DNA from: Eubacteriales bacterium | GTDB lineage: Bacteria > Bacillota > Clostridia > Oscillospirales > CAG-272 | NCBI GenBank assembly: GCA_045535095.1 | Contig: JAZSKY010000043.1 | Location: 1 to 58,844, forward strand | Length of the DNA: 58,844 bases | Direction of reading: 5' to 3' | In this document: positions 1 through 12,300 of the stretch, piece by piece | Layout: every line of letters begins with the position of its first letter | Numbering within the stretch: position 1 is the stretch's first letter | Program-made: the position numbers and the translations under genes | The notes under the pieces: generated by a model | Database searches by the model: none | What the model was told of the DNA's origin: nothing | Seen by the model: only the letters and a program-made list of their open reading frames with translations

Positions 1-1
1 C

Positions 2-2386
2 GAGGCAGACGATATAATTTTTGCCGAGATCAGTATGAGGGATCTTATATGCCAAAGTAATCAGAATTTCGTTGTAGAGTGTAGAATTTACAATGAGAGT
101 GCACCTGCATGGACGGAAACCGCACCTCCTTCGTTTACAACCGCGAGCGCATACGTGGGAGAGTTGCTTGACTCTCACACCGTTACGTACGGCGGCGGTG
201 TAAGCAACGGAAATTGGTATAGCTTTGAACTCACCCAAGTAGCCAAAGCATGGGCAAGCGGAGCGCAAGACCCCGCCAAGGGAATTATCTTCAAGGCCGC
301 CGATAGCCACGAGAACCAAACTACAAACCTTTGGTATAAGACCTTTGGCTCGTATAATAGGAGTAATTATCAACCCGGCTTTAGCGTGGTTTATACCCCG
401 AGAATTTCTCTCGACGACTCTCTCACGCTTCACGAGGGCGAGGAATGGACACTTGACTTTTCAACGAATGCTCCGTCCGTCGTTTGGACATCTGACAACG
501 AGAATGTCGCAACCGTTGATCAAAACGGTACGGTTACAGGACATGGCGCGGGTAAAGCCACCGTCACCGCAACCATAACCGGAACAGACGGTACTACACA
601 AACAGAAGAGTGTACGGTTTATGTTTATTTAGAGGACGGTGTGTACTATATTTCAAACCAATTCTCAAATATGGATTTATATGTGCAAAATTTGAGCATA
701 AACAACACCAATGTAGTCCAGACCCCGCGAGCCACAAATGTAGAGGAAACACAAATCATTCGCCAATTATGGAAGATAGCATATCTTGGAGAAGGTCTTT
801 ACACTATACGCCCTCTGCACAATCTTTCTATGGGTCTGTATTCCGCAAACAACAATGCGGTGATAGCCAATATCGGCGTTTCGGACGATTGTGACGTTTT
901 GACGAGTTCCGCAGAATGGGTTATTTCCATCGCGGATTCAGGTTATGTCATACAGAACAATTACGATGATAAAGCGTTACAACTCGAAGGCGACGGGACA
1001 GAAGCCAACGGAAATGTAATCATGGGAACACCCAGTAACAGTTTGATGTGTCGATGGAACTTTGTTCAAGCTATGAGCGTTCCTACGGGAGTTATCCTTT
1101 ACGATACCATAACGGGTGAACGGGTAACGAATCCTGATGTGATATTCGAGCCAAACGCAGTCCAAACACTTGAGAATATGAACCTTTGCGTTGCGACTTA
1201 TCCCGAATACAATAGGGCACTCTCGTGGACTTCAAGCCACACCGATAAAGCTACGGTGAATACAATGGGAACGGTTACCGCCGTACATTACGGAAACTCT
1301 ATTATTACCGGTACGCTCTTTAACGGAAAAAAAGTGCAGTTTACTGTTGATATTATGTCAGTTCACGAAGGAGAGTATTTTCTGCGAAACAAGCAAGCGG
1401 GTAGTTATGCGGACATTGAAGACCCGACGTCACCGTGCGAAGGAATGGAGATACACAACTGGGAGTTCCACGGAGGCAACTCTCAAAAGTGGATATTCGA
1501 ATATGTCAGTTCGGGGTACTACACCCTTAAATCCGCAAATTACACTACCGCGTATTATCTCGGTGTAGAAAACGATTCTACGGCAGAAAATGCGGATATC
1601 GTTCTTCGTACGAGCAATTCGGGTGACGGTGCCAAATGGAGAATTACAGTAACCGATAGCGGTGCTTATCTTCTGACCTCAAAATCAGGAAATTGGGTGC
1701 TTTCCGCCAGTAATGGAAGCATCGTCAACGGTTATAAGCTAATTCAAAGGACTTATACCAATGATTCGGATTATAAGGACGAGTGGCTGATAAGCGAAGT
1801 GAGTTCATCAATCTTGCTTGAGTCACAGTTTCAAAGTGATTGGTGCTGGGCAGCGTCTGCACGAATGGCGAGCATGAAATATATGATTTCTTCAATTTCA
1901 CAAGAATCTGCGGCAGTTTATACTAAATTAGGAATATCAACACTGTATCCTACCCAAGCACAAATAAATAATGCAAACGCTCCCGCAAATGTTCAAGAAA
2001 CGGAGCAAACATTAGAATATATTCTCAATTATAATAATGTGTACAGTGTAGGGGGATATATTTATAGCGAAAGTGTTTTAAAAAGTTTGCTCGACAACTC
2101 CAATCCTGTAATAATACTTCGCGGATGGTATGATTCGAATTATAATCGAACGGGAGGACATTTTGTCGTCATATACGATTATCACTGGGATTCGCAGAAA
2201 GGCAGATATGTATATGATATATATGATCCATGGCCGGTTAACGTTGGTGCAAGTTATTCAAGATCCTATCAGTCTATATGCAACGGACGTAGCGATAAAG
2301 CAGACAACGGAATTTGGGAAGGAATCGTGGTTTACGAGCTCGGGAATTATTTAAGTACAATCAGTTGGCCTAACCCTAAGACTTAA
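2..2386 (+). CDS. Large modular protein, probably exported (5'-truncated): DNRLRE-like domain, Big_2 Ig-like repeats, ricin-type beta-trefoil domains, C-terminal papain-like cysteine protease (C39/AvrRpt2-like)
   Basis: Frame is open from nt 2. Ig motifs WTSDNENVATVDQNGTVTG and WTSSHTDKATVNTMGTVTA; ricin QxW motifs (RQLWKI, SQKWIF); protease triad QFQSDWCWAAS...GGHFVVI...YDPWP. Confidence 0.8.
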   Translation, partial: EADDIIFAEISMRDLICQSNQNFVVECRIYNESAPAWTETAPPSFTTASAYVGELLDSHTVTYGGGVSNGNWYSFELTQVAKAWASGAQDPAKGIIFKAADSHENQTTNLWYKTFGSYNRSNYQPGFSVVYTPRISLDDSLTLHEGEEWTLDFSTNAPSVVWTSDNENVATVDQNGTVTGHGAGKATVTATITGTDGTTQTEECTVYVYLEDGVYYISNQFSNMDLYVQNLSINNTNVVQTPRATNVEETQIIRQLWKIAYLGEGLYTIRPLHNLSMGLYSANNNAVIANIGVSDDCDVLTSSAEWVISIADSGYVIQNNYDDKALQLEGDGTEANGNVIMGTPSNSLMCRWNFVQAMSVPTGVILYDTITGERVTNPDVIFEPNAVQTLENMNLCVATYPEYNRALSWTSSHTDKATVNTMGTVTAVHYGNSIITGTLFNGKKVQFTVDIMSVHEGEYFLRNKQAGSYADIEDPTSPCEGMEIHNWEFHGGNSQKWIFEYVSSGYYTLKSANYTTAYYLGVENDSTAENADIVLRTSNSGDGAKWRITVTDSGAYLLTSKSGNWVLSASNGSIVNGYKLIQRTYTNDSDYKDEWLISEVSSSILLESQFQSDWCWAASARMASMKYMISSISQESAAVYTKLGISTLYPTQAQINNANAPANVQETEQTLEYILNYNNVYSVGGYIYSESVLKSLLDNSNPVIILRGWYDSNYNRTGGHFVVIYDYHWDSQKGRYVYDIYDPWPVNVGASYSRSYQSICNGRSDKADNGIWEGIVVYELGNYLSTISWPNPKT

Positions 2387-2409
2387 TCATAGAAAGGAAC
2401 ACTACGGTT

Positions 2410-3315
2410 ATGAAAAAAGTATTGATTATTTTATTAACAGTGATTTGCTGCCTTACGTCTGCGCTCAGCAGCGTAGCTAAAGAAAGTAAAAATGTCGATT
2501 CAAAATTTAATGAAAGTCTAAAGGACTCACTTCTTCAAAACCTCACCACTAAAGACAAGGAAATTCTGTTTAATTCTAAAGATCTTGATTCATCTGTCGC
2601 CAAAGTGGATCTGAGCGACAAGCCTATTGTTAAATGCTACACAGAACATCTCTGGGGTGAATTTGAAAATGGCTTACAGTCTGCTGTATCTCACGGTGAA
2701 AACGCCGTCATGGAGCCCTATTATATCGTGTTCGACACACAAACCTACAAAATAGGCAGGTGGACAGATAACGGAGTGGAAAGAGCAGTCGTGCTAGATA
2801 CGTACACCGAGCTGCCGAGGTATTTGAAAGACATTCAGTTACTTGACTCGGAGATTAAAACCGATAGTTCAAAACACACCATAGAAAATATTGTTTGCTT
2901 TGATATGAGTCATTCTTTCTTTGGAATTGTTGTATATTTAGTTACCGACGGAGGAAATATTGTGAAATATTACGAGGACGAAACCTCGGAAGCTATGGTT
3001 TTTTCTGAAGAAGAGTTTAAGCTCCGCGCTAAAAAGTACTACGACTTTTTGATCTCGCCTGAAAACAACTATGATGAAAACGGAAATTTTGTTGGCGGAA
3101 ACAGTGTGACCTTTGCTGGATATGTACAAAATAATCCAATCAATTCCAGCGAAAACAACTCAAACCACACCGACGAAAGTGATTCAAACTATGCCGACGA
3201 CCTTGCAACATCCGAAAAGAATCGTAGAGATGTTGTATATATCATTGGTGCCACCGGTATTGTTCTTGTGAGCAGTACTGCTGCCATCCTCTGGCGAAGG
3301 AAAAGAACTAACTGA
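2410..3315 (+). CDS. Exported hypothetical protein with C-terminal membrane anchor
   Basis: RBS AAAGGA; signal peptide MKKVLIILLTVICC; Asn/Ser-rich linker, then a TM helix and basic tail WRRKRTN. Confidence 0.75.
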   Translation: MKKVLIILLTVICCLTSALSSVAKESKNVDSKFNESLKDSLLQNLTTKDKEILFNSKDLDSSVAKVDLSDKPIVKCYTEHLWGEFENGLQSAVSHGENAVMEPYYIVFDTQTYKIGRWTDNGVERAVVLDTYTELPRYLKDIQLLDSEIKTDSSKHTIENIVCFDMSHSFFGIVVYLVTDGGNIVKYYEDETSEAMVFSEEEFKLRAKKYYDFLISPENNYDENGNFVGGNSVTFAGYVQNNPINSSENNSNHTDESDSNYADDLATSEKNRRDVVYIIGATGIVLVSSTAAILWRRKRTN

Positions 3316-3434
3316 TTGTTCAATTTGCTATCGATAGTATACCGGTTTCGGGCGGTGCGAAATAATACTTCGTGCGGTCGCAATACTCGTGGTCGGTTGG
3401 TAGTTTGTAATATTATTTTCGAAAGGAGATTATT

Positions 3435-4112
3435 ATGAAAAAAATAATTGTTATTCTGAGTTTACTCGTTTTGTCTGTTTGTTTACTCGTAGCGTGTCAG
3501 AATGAGTGTGCGAAAGAAAATACTCCTGATATAGAATGCGGCAACAATTGTGCGAGCAACATCACAGAAGGCGATAGTACAGACGATGGTGATGTGGGTG
3601 ATACTTTAGGAGGAAAAGAGAACGAAACACCGAATTTCGAAGATGCTGAGTACGTGGCTTATGATATGAACACTTTCTTGAATGATCTGAAAAACTCACA
3701 GACGTCCGGTTCAGAAAATGCAGATCTTTATATACCAAATAACACTTCAAGCTCCACGATATCAATTAAAATTCCCGTTTTGCAAAATGATAAATACGAA
3801 CTTTACCAAGTACTAGTGAACGAATGGAGTTATTTTTACTACTATGCACCGATAGAAATAAAGGTTAACGGAGTCTTTGACAAAGGAACAGTTCTGTTTC
3901 ATACTATAGTGGTTAGCATCTCTAAATATCCTATGACTTTCGAAGAGGGGTATCACTCTTCTAGCAATTCATGGGTTTTTAATGATAACGGAAAGGTAAT
4001 AAGCGTTTCGTTCCCCAAACACACTGTTTTAGAGAGCGCAAATGATGTGAGTGATTATTTCACTTTTGAAAACTATGTAATATCCACAAACAATTCAACA
4101 GAAACAGAATAA
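3435..4112 (+). CDS. Hypothetical lipoprotein
   Basis: RBS AAAGGAG; signal peptide with lipobox LVA-C followed by an acidic linker. Confidence 0.75.
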   Translation: MKKIIVILSLLVLSVCLLVACQNECAKENTPDIECGNNCASNITEGDSTDDGDVGDTLGGKENETPNFEDAEYVAYDMNTFLNDLKNSQTSGSENADLYIPNNTSSSTISIKIPVLQNDKYELYQVLVNEWSYFYYYAPIEIKVNGVFDKGTVLFHTIVVSISKYPMTFEEGYHSSSNSWVFNDNGKVISVSFPKHTVLESANDVSDYFTFENYVISTNNSTETE

Positions 4113-4526
4113 ATTACCCCGGCCGCCTCGGCGGCTGGGGAAACCCCAAAAAAAGCTGTCGAAATTTGTCGGATAAAAGTAAACACTCAAATTAGCACAA
4201 GGATCACAAATTCCCAAAACAAAGTGGGAATTTTGGTATTTTTCTATATTGACGCTTGTGATAGCTTCGAATTTCACTGAGTTATCTCACTAAAAAACGA
4301 TTTGAGAATTATCTATTATGGTGCCCAAACGAGGCTATTTATTACGGCCCCGGTGGCCGATATTTTAAAGAAGTTGATGCGAAAATTGTCGATAAAGCGA
4401 GAGTTACATATTGTAACCCCGCGCGCATCGTACATTCCATACCAAAAGAATATATAGGATTTTCTTTTGGAGAAAATTCAACATAAATGATATTTACATA
4501 AAAATGAAGAAAGAAGGCGAAAATCT

Positions 4527-5453
4527 TTGTCGATTCAAAACATTGCTAATATCTTTGAAAACCTAAACACTTGCACCCTTTGGTCCTTGCAATTGTTGAA
4601 AATTACCGCTAATAAGAACGGGGTACACTATTCTAGCAGAGAAATAGAATTATCTTCTGCTGAACGACTTACTAAACTTATTAAGGATATTGCAGAAATA
4701 TATATAAATGGCCATAAAAAAGCACTTTCGCTATATCAAGATATAATGGAGTATGACGGCACAGCAAACGCACTGACTATTTATAAGATGTCAACAGATA
4801 ACGCCCTTATAGCAAACGAATATGAATCGCTAGTAGCCGCTATTGCCAATCCTGATATAGAAGGTGACTCCTTTAAGTACACATCTGCATATCTCATCAA
4901 AGGTGTTGTTAATTTGGATGGTGCTGCGATTCCGGTTAAAATGTTTTCAATTCAGAATCCGATTACAACATTGAAAAATAAGTTCCTTCAAGACAAAGGA
5001 AAGTTTTGTGAAATTTCTAATCAAGTATTACACTTGCGTCCTACGGTAGATGTTATAGTCATTGATAAAACCATATACTTCCTTACCATGGCGGGAGAAA
5101 ATTTATTTAATATGGCTCGCGCATATAAAAAAGTTTGTCAAGTCAAAGTCGACCTCGTTATCCAAAATGATATACTAAACGATGCAAAAGCTTTCAGTGA
5201 TATTGCCGGATCCGGACACAATCCAAGAAGATTTGTGTCGTTTAAAGAGGAAAGATTAAACTTGTTAACAAACAAGACAACGCGACATTCAATTGCTGAT
5301 CAATTTTTAATTCCATTAGATTCAGGTGGCAAGTTCGATACAACGGTGGAGGGAGCAAGTGAAAAAATAGTCAAACTTCTATGCAACAAAGGCATGATAG
5401 ATCCATTTTATAACTATGCGGTTGAAGTCGACGGAGCTAGACAATGGAAGTAA
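4527..5453 (+). CDS. kwaB: Kiwa anti-phage protein KwaB-like (DUF4868)
   Basis: 308 aa soluble protein with DUF4868-like features (DVIVIDKTIYFL..GENLF; C-terminal KIVKLLC..GMIDPF); adjacent to a KwaA-like membrane protein. Confidence 0.7.
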   Translation: MSIQNIANIFENLNTCTLWSLQLLKITANKNGVHYSSREIELSSAERLTKLIKDIAEIYINGHKKALSLYQDIMEYDGTANALTIYKMSTDNALIANEYESLVAAIANPDIEGDSFKYTSAYLIKGVVNLDGAAIPVKMFSIQNPITTLKNKFLQDKGKFCEISNQVLHLRPTVDVIVIDKTIYFLTMAGENLFNMARAYKKVCQVKVDLVIQNDILNDAKAFSDIAGSGHNPRRFVSFKEERLNLLTNKTTRHSIADQFLIPLDSGGKFDTTVEGASEKIVKLLCNKGMIDPFYNYAVEVDGARQWK

Positions 5454-5470
5454 TCTAAGGATGGTAATAT

Positions 5471-6034
5471 ATGTCATTTATAAAATCATTTAGCTTGTTC
5501 TATCTTTCATTAACTCCACTATGGGTATCAGTTGTATTTGTTGATGTCAGGAGTTTATGTGGAAACACAGTCAACCCGCTTACAGAAATTATAAGTATCA
5601 TTTGTATCGGCGCGGCGATGATTATTTCGGCGATTGTTGTGATGTTGACTTTTAGGAAAAAGAATGTTTCCAAGACACAATATTATACCCTGACAGAGGT
5701 AAAAGAGGAAAAATTTCTAACAGTAGAATATGTGCTTTCTTATGTTTTGTCGTTGCTTGCATTTGATTTTACGGTTTGGTATGATGTAGTACTATTTATT
5801 CTGCTTTTCTTGGTATTGTCCTTTTTGCATATTCGTCATAATATATTATGTGCAAATGTTGTACTTGAAATGTTTGGGTATAAGTATTACGAGTGCACAT
5901 TGACAAACGAGGATGGTGTACAGATCCAAAAAAGCGTTATTAGTCATAGAGACTTGATAACACAAAGAAACGAGTATATCTATGCCAAACCTATCAACAA
6001 TGAATATTATTTAGAAAGACTCCAAGTAAAGTAA
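5471..6034 (+). CDS. kwaA: Kiwa anti-phage membrane protein KwaA-like
   Basis: 187 aa, ~4 hydrophobic helices, KwaA-like pattern EYVLSYVLSL...NVVLEMFGYKYY; co-oriented with the kwaB-like gene. Confidence 0.65.
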   Translation: MSFIKSFSLFYLSLTPLWVSVVFVDVRSLCGNTVNPLTEIISIICIGAAMIISAIVVMLTFRKKNVSKTQYYTLTEVKEEKFLTVEYVLSYVLSLLAFDFTVWYDVVLFILLFLVLSFLHIRHNILCANVVLEMFGYKYYECTLTNEDGVQIQKSVISHRDLITQRNEYIYAKPINNEYYLERLQVK

Positions 6035-6150
6035 TTTTATTAGCCACTTGTTTGGACTATTGTGCTGTATAATCTTGTGCTATTAGGATACAACATCAAA
6101 GAAATAGGCTTGCCATACTAGTGCTATAATAACAGTGGTAGGTGAGTACC

Positions 6151-6249
6151 ATGAAAATTATAATACACTTTGAAACAAATAGCGGTCTTATGCGTTGCGG
6201 TGTCATCGTGTCTCTTCATAAGTTGAGGTATCTGAAGATCGTAAACTGA
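6151..6249 (+). CDS. Putative 32 aa leader peptide upstream of the Rhs gene
   Basis: RBS-like AGGTGA, ORF MKIIIHFETNSGLMRCGVIVSLHKLRYLKIVN; TGnTATAAT at 6122-6130; stop codon overlaps a terminator-like stem. Confidence 0.35.
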   Translation: MKIIIHFETNSGLMRCGVIVSLHKLRYLKIVN

Positions 6250-6296
6250 GCACATAAACCGCTTTTTCGACTGTGGTTTATGTGCTTTTTGTTTTG
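6249..6296 (+). terminator. Intrinsic terminator-like hairpin in the Rhs leader
   Basis: AGCACATAAACC (6249-6260) / GGTTTATGTGCT (6275-6286) followed by TTTTGTTTTG. Confidence 0.6.
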
Positions 6297-6334
6297 TGTC
6301 GAGAACAAAAACAACAAAGAAAGGATATACAACA

Positions 6335-9300
6335 ATGAATAAGTTCTCAATCAAACTAATATCTTTAATACTCAGCATCGCTATTATCCTCGTGACAGTG
6401 CCGTTGACAGTTTTCGCTACAACGAGAGATAAAAGCGAAGATGCGAACACAATTATCACCGACGAAGCAATGCTTGGAAATATAATGTCGGATATATACG
6501 AACTCACAGATAGGCGCGACGAATACACAAAACACTTCCGCCTTGAGGACGGAAGCGTTATTGCGGCGCAATACGATGACCCTGTTCACTATCTTGACCA
6601 AAATAATAATTGGCAGGATATAGACAATACTCTTTCGGATGTTGGTAGCGAATACTCAACGAGTAACGCCAAGATCAAGTTTGCGAAAAAGATCACCGGC
6701 AACGAAAGTCTGTTCACTCTTCACGACGGAAACGCCAAGATTACCATGAGTCTTGACGGTGCGATAAAAAAGACAGCAGGCACCGTAATTAACCACAGCG
6801 ACGATAATGAAATGACAAAGCTCCAGAAGATGATGTCGCTTGAAAAAATATCTGCTACTATCGTTTATGCGGATATTTTAGACGGTGTAGATCTCGAGTA
6901 CATTGTCAAATCGGACTACGTTAAGGAAAATATAATCGTAAAGGAACGTCAAAACTCGTACGCATATACCTTTACGCTAAAACTTAATAATCTCGATGCC
7001 GTCCTGAACTCTGATGGATCGATAAGCATTATCGAGCCGGGAACTGATAACATAGTTTACGCTATTCCGGCTCCTGTGGTTTACGACGATAATTACAACT
7101 ATGCTCCGAGCGAAGCGGCGTATTATTTGCTTGACAAAATCGGAACAAATAAATATTCTCTTACAGTTCAAGTGGATTCGGAATGGATGAATGCAGAAGA
7201 ACGTGTGTATCCCGTTGTAGTTGACCCTACCGTATATAAAGGTGGACGCAAATTGGGACAAATGAGAGATACCTATGTGAGCTCTGCTAATCCAGGTACC
7301 AACTACGGCGGACAAAAGGTTTTGCGTGCAGGGTATGACCCCACATACGGCCATACCAGGTCATACATATATCTCAAGCCGTTGCCCACACTGCCTAAGG
7401 GATCATATATAACATCGGCGGAAATCAATTTACAGATATCCAGTATATCAGAATTAAACGATATTACTCTTGCCGCGTATACCATAGATATGGGAACGAC
7501 AAGCTTGTGGAGCGAAACAAAAACGACTTGGAGTACTCATCCCGCGCAATTTTCGCAGCTTCTTGACTACGTAAATATTGAGTATATGACAGAAACCTAC
7601 GATTGGTCGTGGGATATTACCGAAGCGGCGAAGAAATGGTATAGCGGAGCTCTTCCTAATCACGGAATTTGTATCGGACTCTTGGAAGAATCGCTAACAT
7701 CTACCAATTGTGTCGTTTTCCACGCTTCCGAAAGCGATTCGTCTGCCGCCGGTTCATATTTGCCGTTCTATAGCTTCACTTACAGAGACGCAAAGGGTCT
7801 TGAGGATTATTATTCGTATTCATCTGGGAGTGCAGGACTTGTTGGCACATACAGTATTAATAATGCTACTGGAAATATGGTGTTAGTCACACCGCTTCTC
7901 TCTACAACGGACAGCTTGATGCCACTGACACTCTCGCTTGTGTATAACTCGACTCTGGCAGGTATTCCGTATCAGTATTCGGACAGTGTGATGACCGCAT
8001 ATACTAACGGATATACACCGTATGGATTTAAACTTAATATTCAAGAAACGATAATTAAGAAATCCTATATCAATTCGTCGCACGCAACGGCATATCACTA
8101 TATTTGGGCTGATGCTGATGGAACGGAACATTATTTCCTTCCTATTGAGGGAGAGAATAATAAATATCAAGATGATGATGGACTCCAGCTAATACTGGAT
8201 ACATCTTCCTCTACACAGCTTACGATTACAGATAATAGCAAAACCGTAAGAAAATTTGCCAAAATGTCATCATCGCCGAGTGGCACGGCAGAGGCGTGGT
8301 ATCTATCGAGCATTGCAGATAAAAACAATAATGCCGTATCGTTTGCATTTGATGGCGCTTACCGCCCGATAGCGGTGAACTTAGTGCCTAATGGCGGTTC
8401 TCCCATAAACTTCATTACGTTGTCTTATAATACGAACGGACTGCTGTATCTTGTTTGGAATCAAACAAGTAAGGACGGAGTCGTTATAAAATACAGGGAT
8501 CAGTTTGGAAACACTGCCGAAGGTTATGAATATGTTTTGGGTCAAATAAGCTACCTTCACGGAAATGATAGCACGACATTGCAAAACTGGAACGATTATT
8601 ATAACAGTTCGAGCAATCAAAATAATATCACTCTTGACGCTCTTGCTAATTATACGATTATGTACAACAGTCTTTCCCGTGCGTATGATTCACTATCAAA
8701 TTCCACATTTGTATTCGGATATGTCGGCAATGGCACTAACGTAAGCTTAAAGCAAGTTCAAAAAAGTAGTAATAACACTACAGGCCAAAAAATATCTTTT
8801 GAATACTTTAATGGTTACACCGAAATCAGAACGAGCGGCTCAGACGATGTTCACGGAAACGACGACGATATTATCACCGTGTGCACATTTGACGGTGAAC
8901 TTAGATTAAAGTCTAAATATTCAACCGATCTTTCGCGGTCGAAAATATACGGTGCTGTTTCGGGTGAATATGAAACCCAGCAAAATGTCAAAAACAACGT
9001 AAAACACTCGACAACCGTTGGTGGAAGTGCCACGAATTATTTGGTAAATGGTGGGTTTGAAACGACGACCACGAGCGGTGTGATGAGCGGTTGGTCGCGA
9101 ACCTCGAATGTATACCTAAGAACTACCGGTGGAGGTGGCACTCGCGACTGGGGATATATAGAAGTCCGCGCCCAAGCAGGAGTTACCGATAGCGTATCTC
9201 AGCACGTTTTGCTTCCCGAGGGAGAATATACGCTTTCAATGAGTTTGGATAGCGGATCCGCCACAAATGCCAAGGTCTACATGAAAGCCGTTTCTGTAAG

Positions 9301-12300
9301 CAATGGCACACACACCTTTATTAAAGAGTGTCCTGTTAGCAAAGACTATGCAAGCAGTACTATTGAAGTGAGTATGCCTATATCCGCACTCAACGTAACA
9401 AACGGCGGTGAGATTTTTAAAATATCAATCGAAGTTACGGGAGACAGCAATTTAAGCGGTTACTGTAGTGTGCAGTTTGACAATGTCATGCTTGCAAAAT
9501 GCGTCGGAAGTGCACCGTTTACTCGTGTAGAATGTGGTGACTTTGAAAGTTTTTCGGTGAATTCAAATGGTTCGTTTATTACTTCTGTAAGTGATTTTTG
9601 GGAAACCTCCGGAAGTAGTGTAGATTTGGAAGCTTCTGCCTATCCCTTTGGAAACGTAGCATATATCGAGTCAAACAACGGCAATACTGAATATGTAAAG
9701 CAACGAATATACACCGCCGGATACAGTATACTGGATGATTACGACAGTGGGGCGGCGTATTATGAGAGCGACAAGACCTACGTCGTGGCAGGATTTGCAA
9801 AAATATGCAACTCTCTTCCCAAGGACGTTGCCAGAATAAGAGTTGACGTGAATTATTACCAAGGAAGCGGAAATGACCTTTACGTTCAACCATATTACTT
9901 TGACTTCCAAAAAGGCTCTGACGCTTGGCAATTCGTCAGCGGAACATTCGATACAACAGCCGGCGATGTAGTACACTCTATCGATATATACTGTGAGTTT
10001 AGTTCGATCGGTCTCGGATATGCGATGTTTGATAATATCTCGGTGTTCCAAAGTGGAATTGACGAGTTTGAAGAATGTCTGTATTACGGAGACGCGGATG
10101 GCGCTAAAAACGGACTTTTGTATTACAAGAAGTCCGGTTCGTACTACGAAGTCTATGACTACGATAATCAGAAAAATCTCACCCGTGTTGCCAATAATAT
10201 GGGTGAAATACACGACTATACGTACGATGATAAGGGAAATGTTGTTCGCGAAGTATATTATAAATTCCAAAACAACAACGGTTTACCTATTTATCCCGTC
10301 TTTAACAACGACCCCGATTCTTTCATCACCAAAACCCCGCAGACGATAACAGAGTATCACTATAATAATTCCTATGGACTTCTCAGTGAAATCGATGCTT
10401 ATGAAGCACAGTATAATAGTAATGGCGATGTTGTTGCTAAGACAAACGCAAAGCACGTAATCACAAGCTACTCCTATAATCTCGGTGGCGAGTCAAGGAT
10501 TTTTGGATCACTTGCGACCGAAACAAGCAGCCGAGGTGTAGTTACAAGATATTATTACGATGCTACAAACGGACATCTTCTTGCTACGGTAAATCAAAGC
10601 AAGGGAACCGGTATTTGTTATACGTATGATGCACTTGGAAACATAACATTGGTTACACCGGCAACGTACGTATCAAGTACACAGCAGTATTCCTCTGTAA
10701 ATAATGCGGAAAAGGTAGAATATACCTACAACTCCAATAACCGCCTTAATACCATTACAACAGAGTCAACGACGTATTACTTTAACTACGACGCTTTCGG
10801 AAATGCTACCGATATAAGCGCGGGAGATAGAGAGCTTGCAAGCTATACGTATAACCCTAATAACGGCAAGCTTGCAACTATGACTTACGGTAATGGAACT
10901 ACCGTAAGATATGTTTATGACGAACTTGACAATATCAAGGAACTATGGTATAATGTGGGAGGTACAGAAACCAAGGCGTATGAGTATTCTTATACTTGGC
11001 TCGGACAGATAGCACGCTTTGATGATCTGATAAACGGCACAAGCGTTATATATACTTATGACGGCTCAGGAAGACTGACAAACGTTACCGAATATGACAC
11101 CGCAGATATGAAGAATAACTTCGGTGCATACACATTTTACAACGAGAAATCGCAGGTTAGCTCGGTATTTTATTCATCGGACTATATATACCCGGCTGGT
11201 GTGGAAAGCACTTCTTGGTGGTATAGTTATTCGTATATGCCCGATGGAAGTCTGGATTACGTAAGCGTAAATTCGGATATAACCATGGGTGAAATAGACT
11301 ATACTTACGATACGTTTAATCGCATTACGTCCAAAAAGTATTCCTACACCTACGATTATGAAACCGATTACGTAAATAACGTAACTTATTCGTATGCTCC
11401 GGGAGTTTACGATAACACGACAGCTCTTGTAAGCGGCTATACGAGCACGGTAAACGGAACAAGTACAAATTATAGCTATATTTATGATAGCAACGGTAAT
11501 ATAGAGAAAATTTATATCGGCACTACTGCGGTGTATAGATATAAATACGATGATCTCGGACAGCTCGTGCGCGAGGATAACGTTGAGCTTAACCGCACCT
11601 ACGTCTATACCTACGATAACGCAGGCAATATCCTCACCAAAAAGACCTATGCTCTCACATCGGAGGGCGTAACTCCTACAAACCCGCAGAGCACGGTAAA
11701 CTATGGTTATAACGATGCAAGCTGGGGCGACCTTCTCACATCGTATGGCGGTCAAAATATAACCTATGATGCGATAGGTAACCCTCTCTCCTACTACAAC
11801 GGAAGTAGATATACTTTCACTTGGAAGCAGGGCAGAAGGCTTGCAACAGCCGTAAAGGGAAGCAACACTCTGTCCTTTGAATATAACGACGAGGGTATTC
11901 GCGTAAGCAAGACGGTAAACGGCGTTAAGCATTCGTATCACCTTAACGGAAGCCAGATAGCGTACGAGGAGTGGGGAAATAACCTTCTCATATACCTTTA
12001 CGATGCAGACGGGAGCCCGATCGGAATGCTTCACAGAACAACATCGGATGCTTCCTACGACTTCGATGCATATTGGTTTGAAAAGATCCTGCAAGGCGAT
12101 ATAGTTGCCGTTTACAGCAGCAGCGGCACAAAGCTTGTAACCTATAAGTATGATGCTTGGGGTAATATAACCACTACCTACTATAACGGCGGTGCTTCTA
12201 CCGTAGCACAGTATAACCCTTTCCGTTACAGAGGTTATTATTACGATACCGAGACGGGGCTCTATTATGTATCCAGCCGTTATTATGATCCTGAGATTGG

